The position numbers and the translations under genes are program-made. A stretch of 64,000 nucleotides of DNA. Source: the human T2T-CHM13v2.0 reference genome, Homo sapiens. Under the pieces are notes generated by a model. It was given only the letters and a program-made list of their open reading frames with translations. It had not been told where the DNA came from and did no database searches. Positions 17,370-33,319 of the stretch are shown piece after piece. Every line of letters starts with the position of its first letter. The first letter of the stretch is position 1. The DNA is taken from the NCBI RefSeq assembly GCF_009914755.1, contig NC_060943.1; one strand, 5' to 3'.

Positions 17370-17959
17370 TCACATTGGCACTAGTAGCCCATTTGAGAGC
17401 TGAGGGTGGAGGGTGTGATTCATCCTGGCATTATGGGAAGTGTCCATGACAACCTTGGCTTTAAGCTGACTTTGGCCACGGGGTCAATGTCTGCCACACT
17501 GCATCACATCCATTATCCAACAAGGTGCCTGAGCCCCAGAACCCTCAGCCCTGCCACATTCCTCTTGCTCCTGGGGTTCTATATTTTCCAGTGGCTGCTC
17601 CAGTGGAGGAGGTGGGGCAGGTGACACTGACAATGGGGTGCAGGATAGAAAGTGCTAGGCTAGATGCTGATGGGAGTGGCCCCCTGCCTATGGATCCCCC
17701 ACTCCTGCCCCTTTCCCCCTCTATGTGACCTGCCACTGTGACCAGGAGGAGGCTAAGTTAGATCTTGTAAACAGTGTGGAATGTATGTAGGTAGGATACT
17801 CAGTTTGGTACTGCCCTGACATGGAGTTAGAGCTGGGTGTGCTGGACCATGGTGGGAGGAGGCATTAAATCTTGAATTAGAGGACCCAAACCCACCCCAC
17901 CAACTTCCCCACACATTACCAATCTGTGCGGGGCATCTGGTCAACCTCGATATTATTGC

Positions 17960-20290
17960 TATTATTCATTCATCCATTTAACAAGCTTGTACTGAGCATC
18001 TGCTTTGAGCTGGCACCGTGCTGGGCGCCTGGTATACAGCAGAAACAGGACAGACAAAGTCTGGTTCTCATGAGGCTGATGGTCCAGTGGGGAAGAGGGA
18101 TGAGAAACCAAAAAAAGGAATATTGAATCAGGTCAGATAGTAATAGTATTTGCAATGCAAATATCATACAAAATAAGGGAGCAGCAAGTGAGCTCTACAG
18201 ATGTGTTACTTCAATGGCAGGATAAGATGGGGATGGAGGCACTGCAAAGGTGGAAGAGGAAAGCAAGATGCACGGGCACTGGAGAAGCAGAGCACTCTCA
18301 GAACAGTCGGTGCAAAGGCCCAAAGCCAGAGAAAAGATCCTTGATGTTAAAACAGCCAGAATTGAGATGCCTGACAAATAAAAATGTTGACTAACTCCAA
18401 CTGCAGACTCTCTGGCCTCTTTTATTGTAGTTATATCTTTACACTACAAACATTAAATGCAACTACGTGAAAGTAGAAATAACCAAAATATTATGTGAAA
18501 GTTTGATATGTAAAATATTAAAATTAGGTAATCATATAAAATAAAACATATACTATAAAACAGGTACTATTATATAAAATACAAACTATTTTATTGTCAC
18601 AAGGAATATACAGTAATAAATATTACAATATGCTATATAACATACTGTAGACACAATTTTCTATAGTATGTAATGACAGGCACATATAAAATTAAAATAT
18701 ATAAATCTAGTTTTTACACTTATAAATCTTTTATCAAATGTAATTCAAGTTATCACATGGTTTACCTAAAATACAACAGCACTTTTGAGATTCATCCATG
18801 TTGTAGTAAGTGTCAATAAATCATTTCTTTATGTCTGAGCAGCCCTCCATAGTATTGGTGTACACAATTTGTTTAATCACTCATCCACTGATGTACATTT
18901 GTGTTACTTCCTAATTTGGGCAATTATACAATTGCTGTGAACATCTGAGTATAGGTTTTCATGTAAACAGAATTTTTCTTTCATCTAGGGTAAATACCTA
19001 AGTGTGGAGTTGCTGAGTCATATGATAAATGTATGGTTAATAGTATAAGAAGCTGCCAAACTTTTGTGCATAGTGGACAGACCGTTTTACAATCCTACAA
19101 GCAATGCATGAAAATTTCCATTGGTCTGTATTCTTGCCAATTTATGGCACGTTTTCATTTTTAGCCATTCTAAAAGCCATTCTATAGTAGTATCTCATTG
19201 TGGTTTGATTTACATTTTCCTGATAATTAAAGATGTTGAGCATCTTTTCATCACCTTATTTTCCATTTGTTTTTCATAGAACCATATGGATGAATCTCAG
19301 ATACATCACATTAAATGAAAGCACTCCGACTCAAAAGGAGATATACATACACGTACAAAACACACACACACACACACACACACACAAGGACTCCACTTAT
19401 ACAATATTATGGAAAAGGCAGAACTATAGAGACGGAAACAGACTGGTGATTGCCAAGGGCTGGGAGTGGGAAAAGGGACTAAAAAGGGATAGGAAAGAAG
19501 TTAGGGAAGTGAGGGGCCTGTTCTTCATCTTGATTGTGGTGTTGATTGCATGATTAGATACAACTGTCAAAACTCAGAACTCTACACTAAAAAGTGTGAC
19601 TATTACTGAATGTAAATTATACCTCAATAAATATAACTTTAAAAATATTTCAGTTATGTCCACACAAAAAGCCTGCACAGATATTTATAACAGCTTTCCT
19701 CATAATTGCCAAAAGGAAGCATCCAACAGTCCTTCAGTAGGTGAATAAATAAACATCCAGACGATGGAACATAATTTGGCTCTAAAAAGAAATGCATTAT
19801 CAAGCCATGAAAAGACATGGAGGAAACTGAAATCCACATTACTAAGTGAAAGAAGTCAATTTGAAAAGGCTACACACTGTATAATTTCAACTATATGATA
19901 TAAAAGATCAAAGGTAAAACTATGGAGACAGAAAAAATGTTGCCAGGATTAGAGGAGATGAAGGGATGACAGGCAGAACACAGAGGATTTTTAGGGCAGT
20001 GAAACTACTCTGTGTATAACAGTGGAAACATGCCATGATCCACTTGCTCCAACAAGCAGAAAGTACAAGACACATTCTATGGTGTTACACCAAGGATGAA
20101 CCCTAATATAACCTATAGACTTGGGGTGGTAATGAGTGTCAGTGGAGGTTCACCAATTGTAACAAATATACTACTCTGAGAGGAATGCTGATAATGTGGG
20201 AGGCTATGCATATGTGGATTAGGGGATATATGGGAAACCTCTGTAATTTCTACCCAATTTTGCTTTGAACCTAAAACTACTCTAAAAAAT
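17960..20290. mobile_element. L2 fragment and old L1M 3'UTR fragments in both orientations, (CA)n at ~19360
   Basis: ttcattcatccatttaacaagc (L2); gagattcatccatgttg, taaattatacctcaataaa, gaacctaaaactactctaaaaaataaag (L1M). Confidence 0.7.
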
Positions 20291-22552
20291 AAAGCCTTCC
20301 GTATATACGGGTATATGCATATACATATACGTAAGTATTATAATATTGTTACAATAAATATATAAGAGAAATAATCAAAAGTCATTTACAATAAATTGTT
20401 TCCCTTCATGAGGCTTGGGCATACAGAGGATAGTCAGATGCTTATGTTGACTGATGACTAATATTAACAGGATGCTGTCATTGGGCCCTGCTGGCTTGGA
20501 TCCCATCCATCATGTGACCCAAAAAAAGTCACTTCATTCTCCCATAATCCCATTTTACAAGTGAGAAAATTGAGGCCCAGAGGAGGTTTCTGGGCAGGCT
20601 GAGGGTCCCTAAGTGGATCAGTGTTGGCACCAGAATTTGAACCAACATAGACAGCTTTCACTGTTCTGCTCACACCATACTCATGTAGTAGACAGGAAGC
20701 CCAGCTTGTGGTCTCCTGAGATCTCCAGATCATCCCTGGCCCACCCTGGGTCCATCATTCCATTGTGCCTTGGGGGGAACTCAGAGGAAAAGGTCTATGA
20801 GGCTGGGACCTCATCCTCATCACCATCTTCCAGGGATCATGACCATGCAAACATGGAGATGCAATCTTGGGGGAAGTACAGTAGCCAAGGGTGACTAAGG
20901 AACCGCATGAAGCAATGTGGGAAATTGGGAATCAGCAGACATTGGGTTAACGGGACAATGGGGAGCCAAGAGATACCATCAAAATTTAATGGAGGGGTCA
21001 GACACTGTGTTAGTGATTAATGGGCATCAACAGACATTGGGCTAGTTTTTGTTTTTTTTTTTTTTAACTGGGGTCCTAGAAAGAAGGGGACAGAAGAGGC
21101 TCCAAAATACAGTTGGGAAATGTGGACATTATGGTTCATTGTAAGTCACCGCCATTGCCTGAGGGGAAGGAAGAAAGTTAACAGCATCCACCGTATTGAG
21201 GGCATTCCCACATGCTGTGTTAGGGACAGTTAGATACTGCTAGGTGAGTAACGGGAGATAATTGTTCATCATCGTGAGGGAAAAATCAATAAGGAGGATC
21301 ACAAGACATCCTGCTAGAGGTGTAATAAAAGTATCAGGAGATAGAAACCATTGTATTGCAGGGGGCACACCACTGTCCCCTATTCTGAGGGTTGTAATAA
21401 GTGGTCATCACACAGAATGGAGAGTGGACCTTACTAGACATTGTCACAAGTGGGAAGAGGTAACAGACACCATGCTGGAGTGAGGTGATTGTAAAAGAGG
21501 TAATGAGGAGATCTCCAGAAACTGTTTCCGGAATTGATGAAGTGTGACACACATAAGAGTAAGGTAAAACAGGAAAAATGGCCAGGCGTCATGGCCCTTT
21601 CCAGCCCTAAACATATGGTTGTGTTGGTTTTCATATAAGTTATTAATCTGTTACATGAAAGTTACATCCTTAAGGAAGCCAGATACTAAGCTTCAAGTCA
21701 GTGATGAGTATGAAAAAAAAAAAAAGGCAACTGAGTTGGAAGAACTATGACAGCAGAAGGGAGATTTAAGTTGTCCCAGATGACCATAAAATTCTTACCT
21801 CGGAAGCTTTCTTGAAGGTGATGGGAGTTCACAAGACACGGTGCTGGGGGTCAAAACACAAAGTGCTGAGGGCCCGTGAGGCTGAGAGACAGTCATGGTA
21901 GATAATGAGGGGGGTGCAAGTCTTGGTAGATGACAGTGGGGACTCAACATACATTCTGAGGTTTACGTCTGTATACATAAAGGTTTTTTCTTTTTTTTTT
22001 TGTAGCATCTCTTTCTTGATAGAAATACTGAATGAGGGTTGGATATGACCAACTGTGGTAGATTCGAATGAGAAAGAAAAACACCCAGGAGTCTGTTACA
22101 CAATGTGTTCCACAACGAACAACTCACATAACTTAGGATTCATCACTATCAAAATAACTACGTATTATGTTGTTTTATCATTCAATTTGTTGGCACTATA
22201 CCTAATCCACAGTAAACAGGATTATCATTAACTTAATACGATCTTTCTTAGGAAGAATTTGGTAACAGTATTCTATTGTAGTTTTCATGAGAAGGCTTTT
22301 CCTATTCACCAAATTGACTCGGTTCCTTGTCAGTATGAATAATGACCCAAGGTTTACTGGGGATGGTGACAATGTAGGAAGGGTCCCTCGCCTCATTCAG
22401 TGCCTTCTCAGAGGCCCTCTCCAGAACAGCCATGTGTGACATTCTGATGTGGTCATTTCTATTTACAATAATATACATATTTTTCTGCTGCATGCGTGCA
22501 ACAGTGTACAATCAGACCCAACCCTCAGGGGGGTTTTCTCACACTGTTTCTC

Positions 22553-24570
22553 TCAAGCGTGGCTGCTCTGATGGACGCTGAACACTGATTTCTGAACGAA
22601 GCCTTTCCCACAGATGCCACACTTGTAGGGTTTGTCTCCAGTGTGTGTTGTCTGATGTTTATTCAAATTGGACCTGTCAGTAAAGGCCTTCCCACACTCA
22701 GCACACACGTAAGGCTTCTCTCCAGTGTGAATTCGCTGATGCACTTGGAGCTGTGATTTTTTAGTGAAAGACTTCCCACAGTCACTGCACTCATAAGGTT
22801 TCTCTCCAGTATGAATTCTGTGATGTGTAATCAACTCTGACTTCTGTCGAAAGGTCTTCCCACATTCAGAACAAATGTAGGGCTTTTCTCCGGTATGAGT
22901 TTTCTGGTGCTTACTGAGATTTGACCTGCCACTAAAGGCCTTCCCGCACTCGGCACACACATAGGGTTTCTCTCCTGTATGAATTGGCTGATGCACCAGG
23001 AGCTGAGACTTGGAGGTAAAGGACTTCCCACAGTCACTGCATTCATAAGGCTTCTCTCCAGTATGAATTCTTTGATGAGTAATAAAGTTTGACTTGCGGA
23101 TGAAAGCTCTTCCACACTCAGTGCATACATAGGGTTTCTCTCCTGTATGAATTTTCTGATGAACAATGAGTATTGATTTCTGGTTGAAGGCTTTCCCACA
23201 TTCGTGGCATTCATACTGTCTCTCTCCAGTGTGAATTTTCTGATGTATATTGAGGTGTGACTTCTGAGTGAAGGCTTTTCCACAAGTATTGCATTCATAA
23301 GGCTTCTCCCCAGTATGGATTCTCTGATGTGTAATCAAGTCTGACCTCTGGGTGAAGGCCTTTCCACATTTGGAACATATATAAGATTTCTCTCCTGTAT
23401 GAGTTTTCTGATGTGTAATGAGATTTGACCGGTTGGTGAATGCCTTCCCACATTTATTGCACATATAGGGCTTTTCTCCTGTGTGAATTCGTTTATGAAC
23501 ATGGAGTTGCGACTTGGAGGTAAACAATTTCCCACAGTGACCACATTTATGAGGTTTCTCTCCAGTATGAATTATTTGATGTGCAATCAAGTGTGCCTTC
23601 TGAATGAAGGCCAGTCCACATTTCATGCATATATACGATTTTTCTCCTGTATGAATTCTCTGATGCACTGTGAGTGCTGACTTCTGAGTGAAGGCTTTCC
23701 CACAGTCACTGCATTCATAAGGTTTCTCTCCAGTGTGAATTCTCTGATGAATAATCAACTCTGACCTGTAGGTAAAGGCCTTCCCACACTCAGTACATAT
23801 GGAAGATTTCTCTCTACTTTGAACTTTCTTATGTGTAACGAGGTTGGAATTATTGCTGAAGACCTTCCCATATTCGGTACATATATAGGGCTTCACTCTT
23901 GTGTGAACACGTTGATGTACCTGAAGTTGTGACTTGGAAATGAAGGATTTGCCACAGTTACTGCACTCATATGGTTTTTCTCCAGTATGAATTCTTCGGT
24001 GTGCAATCAAATGGGTCTTCTGGATGAAGGCCTGTCCGCATTCAATACAGATGTAGGATCTCTCGCCTGTATGGATTTTCTGATGCATCTTGAGTGTGGA
24101 CTTTTGTGTGAACGCTTTGCCACAGTCAGTGCATTCATGGTGTCTCTCTCCAGTATGAATTTTCTCATGTATACTGAGATCTGAGTTATAAGAGAAGCCT
24201 TTCCCACACTGGCTGCATTCATAGAGTTTCTCTCCGGTATGAATTCTCTGATGCCTGAAGAGGGACGACACTTGAAAAAAGGATTTTCCACATTCATTGC
24301 ATTTAAAGGGTTTCTCTCTCATATGGGTTTTCTGGTGTATAATAAATTCTGGCTTCTGTACAAAAGCCTTCCCACATTCAATGCATACATAGAGCTTTTC
24401 TCCTGCAAGAACTTTCAGGTGTACTTTGAGCTGTGACTTCTGGGTGAATATCTTTTCAAATTTGGCGCATTCATAAGCTTTCTCCCCAGGATACATTTTT
24501 TGAGGTTGAGAGGATACTTGTTTATAACTGAGGATTTTTCTACATTGATTATGGTCCCATAATTTCTCTC
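22553..24570 (-). CDS. ZNF585A: ZNF585A last coding exon: C2H2 array (21 intact fingers plus degenerate ones)
   Basis: ORF with TGEKPY linkers; acceptor attccaacag|GA GAG AAA phase 1; 72+127+93+2018=2310 nt = 769 aa plus stop. Confidence 0.97.
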
Positions 24571-24994
24571 CTGTTGGAATACACTCATGGTTACTATAGG
24601 AAGACATTTTATCATTTGGTAATCTTTTTAACATTCTTTGAAGGATTATTTTTATTATGACTGTATAAATCTAAATTATGCTTTAAACCATTTCCAAATG
24701 AGGCATATTGATGGGGTCTTTTGGGAGGAGAAATGATGTTTGGGTTCACATGAATTATTTTTCTACTATCCTTATAGTCATATTGCCTCTTTGTTGTCAA
24801 TATTTTCTTGATGAAAGCAACATCATTTTGATATTTATTTTCTCTGCTGATAGCTCTCTATTTGTCACCAATCTGTCACAATTATTCTAGAATAAAATAG
24901 AATCTCACATCACTTTCATCATGACCTTTTCTTTCAATTTGGAAAGAAACCTCTTCAGAGATTCCGTGCTATAAGGTCTGGAATCTAAACTCCG
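24571..24994 (-). pseudogene. Intronised fossil coding spacer of the ancestral last exon
   Basis: Translates to …FYFILE*L*Q…IKKILTTKRQYDYKD…[19 protein letters not shown] with stops and a frameshift; resembles the ZNF81 spacer. Confidence 0.8.
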
Positions 24995-25910
24995 CTCAAA
25001 TGAGAAACAGGTGATTTTAGTTCAAAGAACAGCTAGCAGAGGCTAGGGGGTATGGTACAAATGACTCATCCAGGCTGAACACAGAGAAAAGGGTGAGGGT
25101 GAGTAACGTGAAGAGGAAGGCAGTAACAATGTTGATAGGAAATGTTCTGGAAAACAATTCAGCAGTTAGAGGAAATAAACTAAATGAACAGATAACACCA
25201 TGGACAGATGTGGAAAAAGTAAGGCAAAAAACACTATATATACCACAGCATCATTCATATAAACTAATGATCCAAACTCTTAATTCACTTACAACATGCA
25301 TGAAATAAAAAATGTTTCCATCATATAAAACAGTAGCTTATGACAGGCAGAAAAATGGGTGTGGGGGAAAGAGAAAAAGGAATAAATCAAAACATAAATA
25401 AGAGAGAATCCTGACCCAGACTCATGATGATAGTGTGTCTTAAACTGAAGACTATGATTAAACTCAAACCTCATCAGGTAAACTATAAAAATAAAGCAAT
25501 CAAAAACAACAACAAAAACGAACCCTGGTCAATGTGGAATCACTCAAGCAACATCAAGAAAAAAGGTCAGGAAGGGTGATTAATTATGTTAAAGACAGCA
25601 GAAAGATAATCCCAAAGATTAAGTAACAGTGACCCCCAAGTCATCAGTTTATCCAGGCATGAAGGACTGGGAAGAAGTAAGAAATTTCATGGCCACTCCT
25701 CTGCAGAAAACAAAAAGAGAGGGTGATTGGACAGAAAGCTCTGAGGCATCTCACAGTAAAAAAAAAAAAAGAAAGAAAAAAAAGAAAAAAGAAAAGAAAT
25801 AAAAGTGACTAGCAGGAGTGGGAGTGGGTGACACAGAGTAACTTTGAAAGAAAGCAGATCCGTGAATGCGTGAAGGTTAAAGAAAGACTCTAGGACTATG
25901 GGGAATGTAG

Positions 25911-26250
<340 letters not shown>

Positions 26251-26331
26251 AAGAAAGATCTTTAATGAGGGAGACTGGCACATGATTCAGAATCCACGAA
26301 GCCAAAGAAGAACACAGAAGTGACAAAGGTC

Positions 26332-26647
<316 letters not shown>

Positions 26648-26827
26648 TCATCCAGGGAGAATGCATTTAGTGATCTGAGAGGCCAAGGGGGCATCAAGCA
26701 ATACAAAAACATTCAGAACTTTCCAGAAAAAGCATCTTAATAGTATTCCAAGGGTGTTGGTGTTTCTCAAGACAGCTGAGATTTCCTCCCATCTCCCATC
26801 TACCGGATTCACACTCGCTTCACTCAC

Positions 26828-26920
26828 CTGGGCAGCTCTGACGTGGCCTCTCACCCTGCAGTGCCCATGGTTCCTTTCCTTGCTCCAACATGACCACCTC
26901 TGCTTCAGGAACTTGATATC
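26828..26920 (-). CDS. ZNF585A: ZNF585A KRAB-B exon ([31 protein letters not shown])
   Basis: 93 nt, gaacag| … |gtgagt, LEQGKEPW motif. Confidence 0.96.
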
Positions 26921-27168
26921 CTGTTCATGGGAAATGATAAAGGTCTGGGTCCAGCTAATTGTGTTTCAGGGCCCAACCAATAATCTCTTATTCTTTGATG
27001 AGGATTTTTTCTTCAGAAAAGTAACCATAACTTTTCAGGGTAAAATTCTGAGTGTCCTAAACAAATAAAGAATCCTAGACAAATCAAGAACAAAATCATC
27101 ACCTATTTAAGATGCGGACAGCATTCACCAACTGAGAATGAAAACACTCTCAGTGAGGCCTCCTTTCA

Positions 27169-27351
<183 letters not shown>

Positions 27352-27532
27352 TCAGCTTAGAGGGTTGGAGAGACTATATTTAGGAATATGGAATACAGGT
27401 CTTGTTGTTTTAAATTTACATTCTCTTTTTAAAAACTCACTCCCATTTCTCTAATACTTTATTATGAAAATTTTCAAACATACCGACAATTTAAAATAAT
27501 TATGCAGTAAGAAATGTATACCTACCACCTAG

Positions 27533-27979
<447 letters not shown>

Positions 27980-28851
27980 TGAACTAGGGTGTAAAACGTA
28001 TCAACCTTTTGTAAGTAACATTTACATACAATTAAATGCACCAATCTTTAATTTACCATTTAAAGTTTTGACAACTGTGTACACCTGTATAATCCAGAAA
28101 TTTCGAAGAAACATTTTATATATATGCATATTAAATATTTAGTTTTACATATTTTGTGGAACACAGAAATCCCATCAAGAATTTCTGCTATTTGTTCTGT
28201 ACTATAGTCAGCCAATTACTCATTTTTCAAAACTGGCAATTGAAATAAGCTGTGTTTTAGTTTCCTAGCAACTGGATGAATGACCTGCGATATGCTTTCT
28301 GATCAATTTAGGACGAGCCCTTATGCTAGCCCTGGGAACACAGAAATAATTATGTGTCCAATCTTCTAGCAACTTAAAAGACTTGGAAAATAAATCAGAC
28401 TGAAGTTTTTTAAAAAAGAAGACATAACAAATTCATTAAGGTGTTGAAAAGTAGATGCCTTATGGTGGAACACACTGAGGGCCCAAAGGAACAAAAAGTA
28501 CATTTTACTTGAGGGAGTAAGTTGACATTCCGTAGAGTTGAGGAATTTAACTTGGAAGATACAAAGTGTAACCCAGAATATGGGGTGAGGGGGACAATGC
28601 CCAGAAAAGACAAGAATAAAAGGTGTAGAGATAGAAAAATACACCATGAGTTTAGGGAACAGCAAACAGGTTTATATAAATGGAGAGAAGTCTGTCTGAT
28701 GTGTCAGAAAAGCAGTATAGGAAAAACAGTTTGGTCAAAGTATGGAATTTTTACTTTCAGTAATGGTAATTAAGGTAATCAGATTTATATGTAAATTTTT
28801 TTTAAGTTCTGTATTACACAGGATAACCAAACAGCTGGTGAGGAAAAGTTC

Positions 28852-29147
28852 TTTTTTTTTTTTTTTTTTAGACAAAAGTCTCACTCTGTCGCCCAGGCTA
28901 GAGTGCAGTGGTGCGATCTCGGCTCACCGCAACCTCCACCTCCCGGATTCAAGCCGTTCTCTGCCTCAGACTCCCGAGTAGCTGGGATTACAGGCGCACG
29001 CCACCACACCAGGCTAATTTTTGTATTTTTAATAGAGACAGGGTTTCACCATGCTGGCCAGGATGGTCTCGATCTCCTGACCTCACGATCTACCTGCCTC
29101 GGCCTCCCAAAGTGGTGGGATTACTGGCATGAGCTACTTTACCTGGT
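28852..29147 (-). mobile_element. AluS
   Basis: Full dimer, TSD ggaaaagtt. Confidence 0.95.
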
Positions 29148-29871
29148 TGGAAAAGTTTTTTATAGAATGATTCTAGCTAATAAATAAAGAAGTTAGGATA
29201 AAATTAAAATACCACCATGTATAACTACTAATGAAATAACAGATTTAGACAATAATCATTAATGGCTGTTGGAATGTTTCAGTTGAAAGGCTGAAGGGAA
29301 GCGTACAATGGATAGATCAGCTAGTAACATCAGCATCCACAAACCAGCTCTCATGTGCCTGCTGACATGGCATAGTAATTAATTTCATTACACTACTTAT
29401 GAAGTATTCTTGCCAAAAAATAAAATTCAAACCCCTATCTCATCAAGTCTCCAGATCTAACAAGCCATTCACAGGAGTGGGAAGGAGAGTGAAACGTACT
29501 GAACAATATGAAGACCAAGACATCAGCTAAATTCAGAAGGTAGCAAATGGCCCACTTCTTCAAAAAATTACAAGAGAATGGACATGGAAGGGAATATTTT
29601 CTTTATTAATAGAGACTTAAGAGCCATACTAACCAAATGCAACTTGTGGACTTTCACTAATTAAAATGAACCAATCTTAAAAAAATATTTATGACAATTT
29701 AGAGAAATGCAAATGGTGGGTATTAGATGATATCAAGGAATTACTGTTATTTTGTTGTGTGACATTAGCTTACTGGTTATGCTAAACACAAAGGAAAAAG
29801 GGAATTCACATCTCTCCGAGATACATATCAAGGTATTTTTACACAAAACATGGTGTTTGAGATTTGCTTTA

Positions 29872-30330
<459 letters not shown>

Positions 30331-30479
30331 TCATAATAAAATGCTTTTTGAAAACAAAATACATGATCCTCCAAATTAAAAAATCTAACTTGGAATTGCA
30401 CAATGAAAGGAATGCCTATTACCACATGGAGCTGTATACATTTAAAGAAAGTATGCTAGGGACTTGAATACCCCTCCCT

Positions 30480-32280
<1,801 letters not shown>

Positions 32281-32454
32281 TCTTTGTACTATATTTTCTA
32301 ACTCCTTATGAATCTGTAATAATTTCAAAATAAAAAACTGAAATATACATATTACTTAAGAAAGATTATTTTCAAAACATACATAACATTTGGGAATGGA
32401 CAAGACTGGAAGATCAGAGACTCATTGCACAATTGATGAGAGAGAATATAAATT

Positions 32455-32770
32455 GTAGTTGAGCCTGAACAACACAGGTTTGAACTACGCAAGTCCACAG
32501 ATACATGAATTTTTTTCAATAAAAGTTACATATAGTGTGCATGCCTCTCCTGCCTCCCCTTCCACCTTCTCCTCCTCTTCCGCCTCTGCCACCCGAGCCA
32601 GCAAAACCAAACTCTCCTTTTCCTCCTACTCCTCAGTCAGCTCAGATGTGAAGATGACAAAGATAAAAACCTTTACGATGATCCACTTTCACTTAATGAA
32701 TATTGAATACAAATATCTTCCTTTTGATTTTCTTAATAACATTTTTTTCTCTAGCTTACTTTATTCTAAG
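32455..32770 (+). mobile_element. Tigger2-like DNA transposon fragment
   Basis: gttgagcctgaacaacacaggtttgaactacg…gatgatccactttcacttaatgaat. Confidence 0.75.
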
Positions 32771-32882
32771 AAAAAAAAAGTCATGTATGAGCAGGTCTCT
32801 GAATTCAGGAGAGTGCACGAGCACACAGGAAGAAATTGGAGACAGAAATGTATTAAAGATACTTGTGATCATTAATATCTGA

Positions 32883-33233
<351 letters not shown>

Positions 33234-33319
33234 TAATTGTGTTCGGAGATTACAATTTGTTTCTTTGTGATGTGTGTTGATTCTGTTTATGAGGCTTACA
33301 ATATCTTCATTTCTTAAAA

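Noticed and set aside
21046-21065. T-run as the ZNF585A 3' end
   Set aside because: Genomic A-tract on the sense strand (internal-priming candidate); the poly(A) site cannot be fixed from sequence alone
22831-23298. 155-aa shifted-frame ORF present in both paralogs, and antisense ORFs over the finger arrays
   Set aside because: Usual by-product of C2H2 codon patterns; sharing is explained by near-identical DNA
24571-24634. ORF-track N-terminal extensions of the 693-aa and 711-aa ORFs (also 58177-58294) as real N-termini
   Set aside because: They lie upstream of the splice acceptor; the spliced model gives the 769-aa KRAB protein
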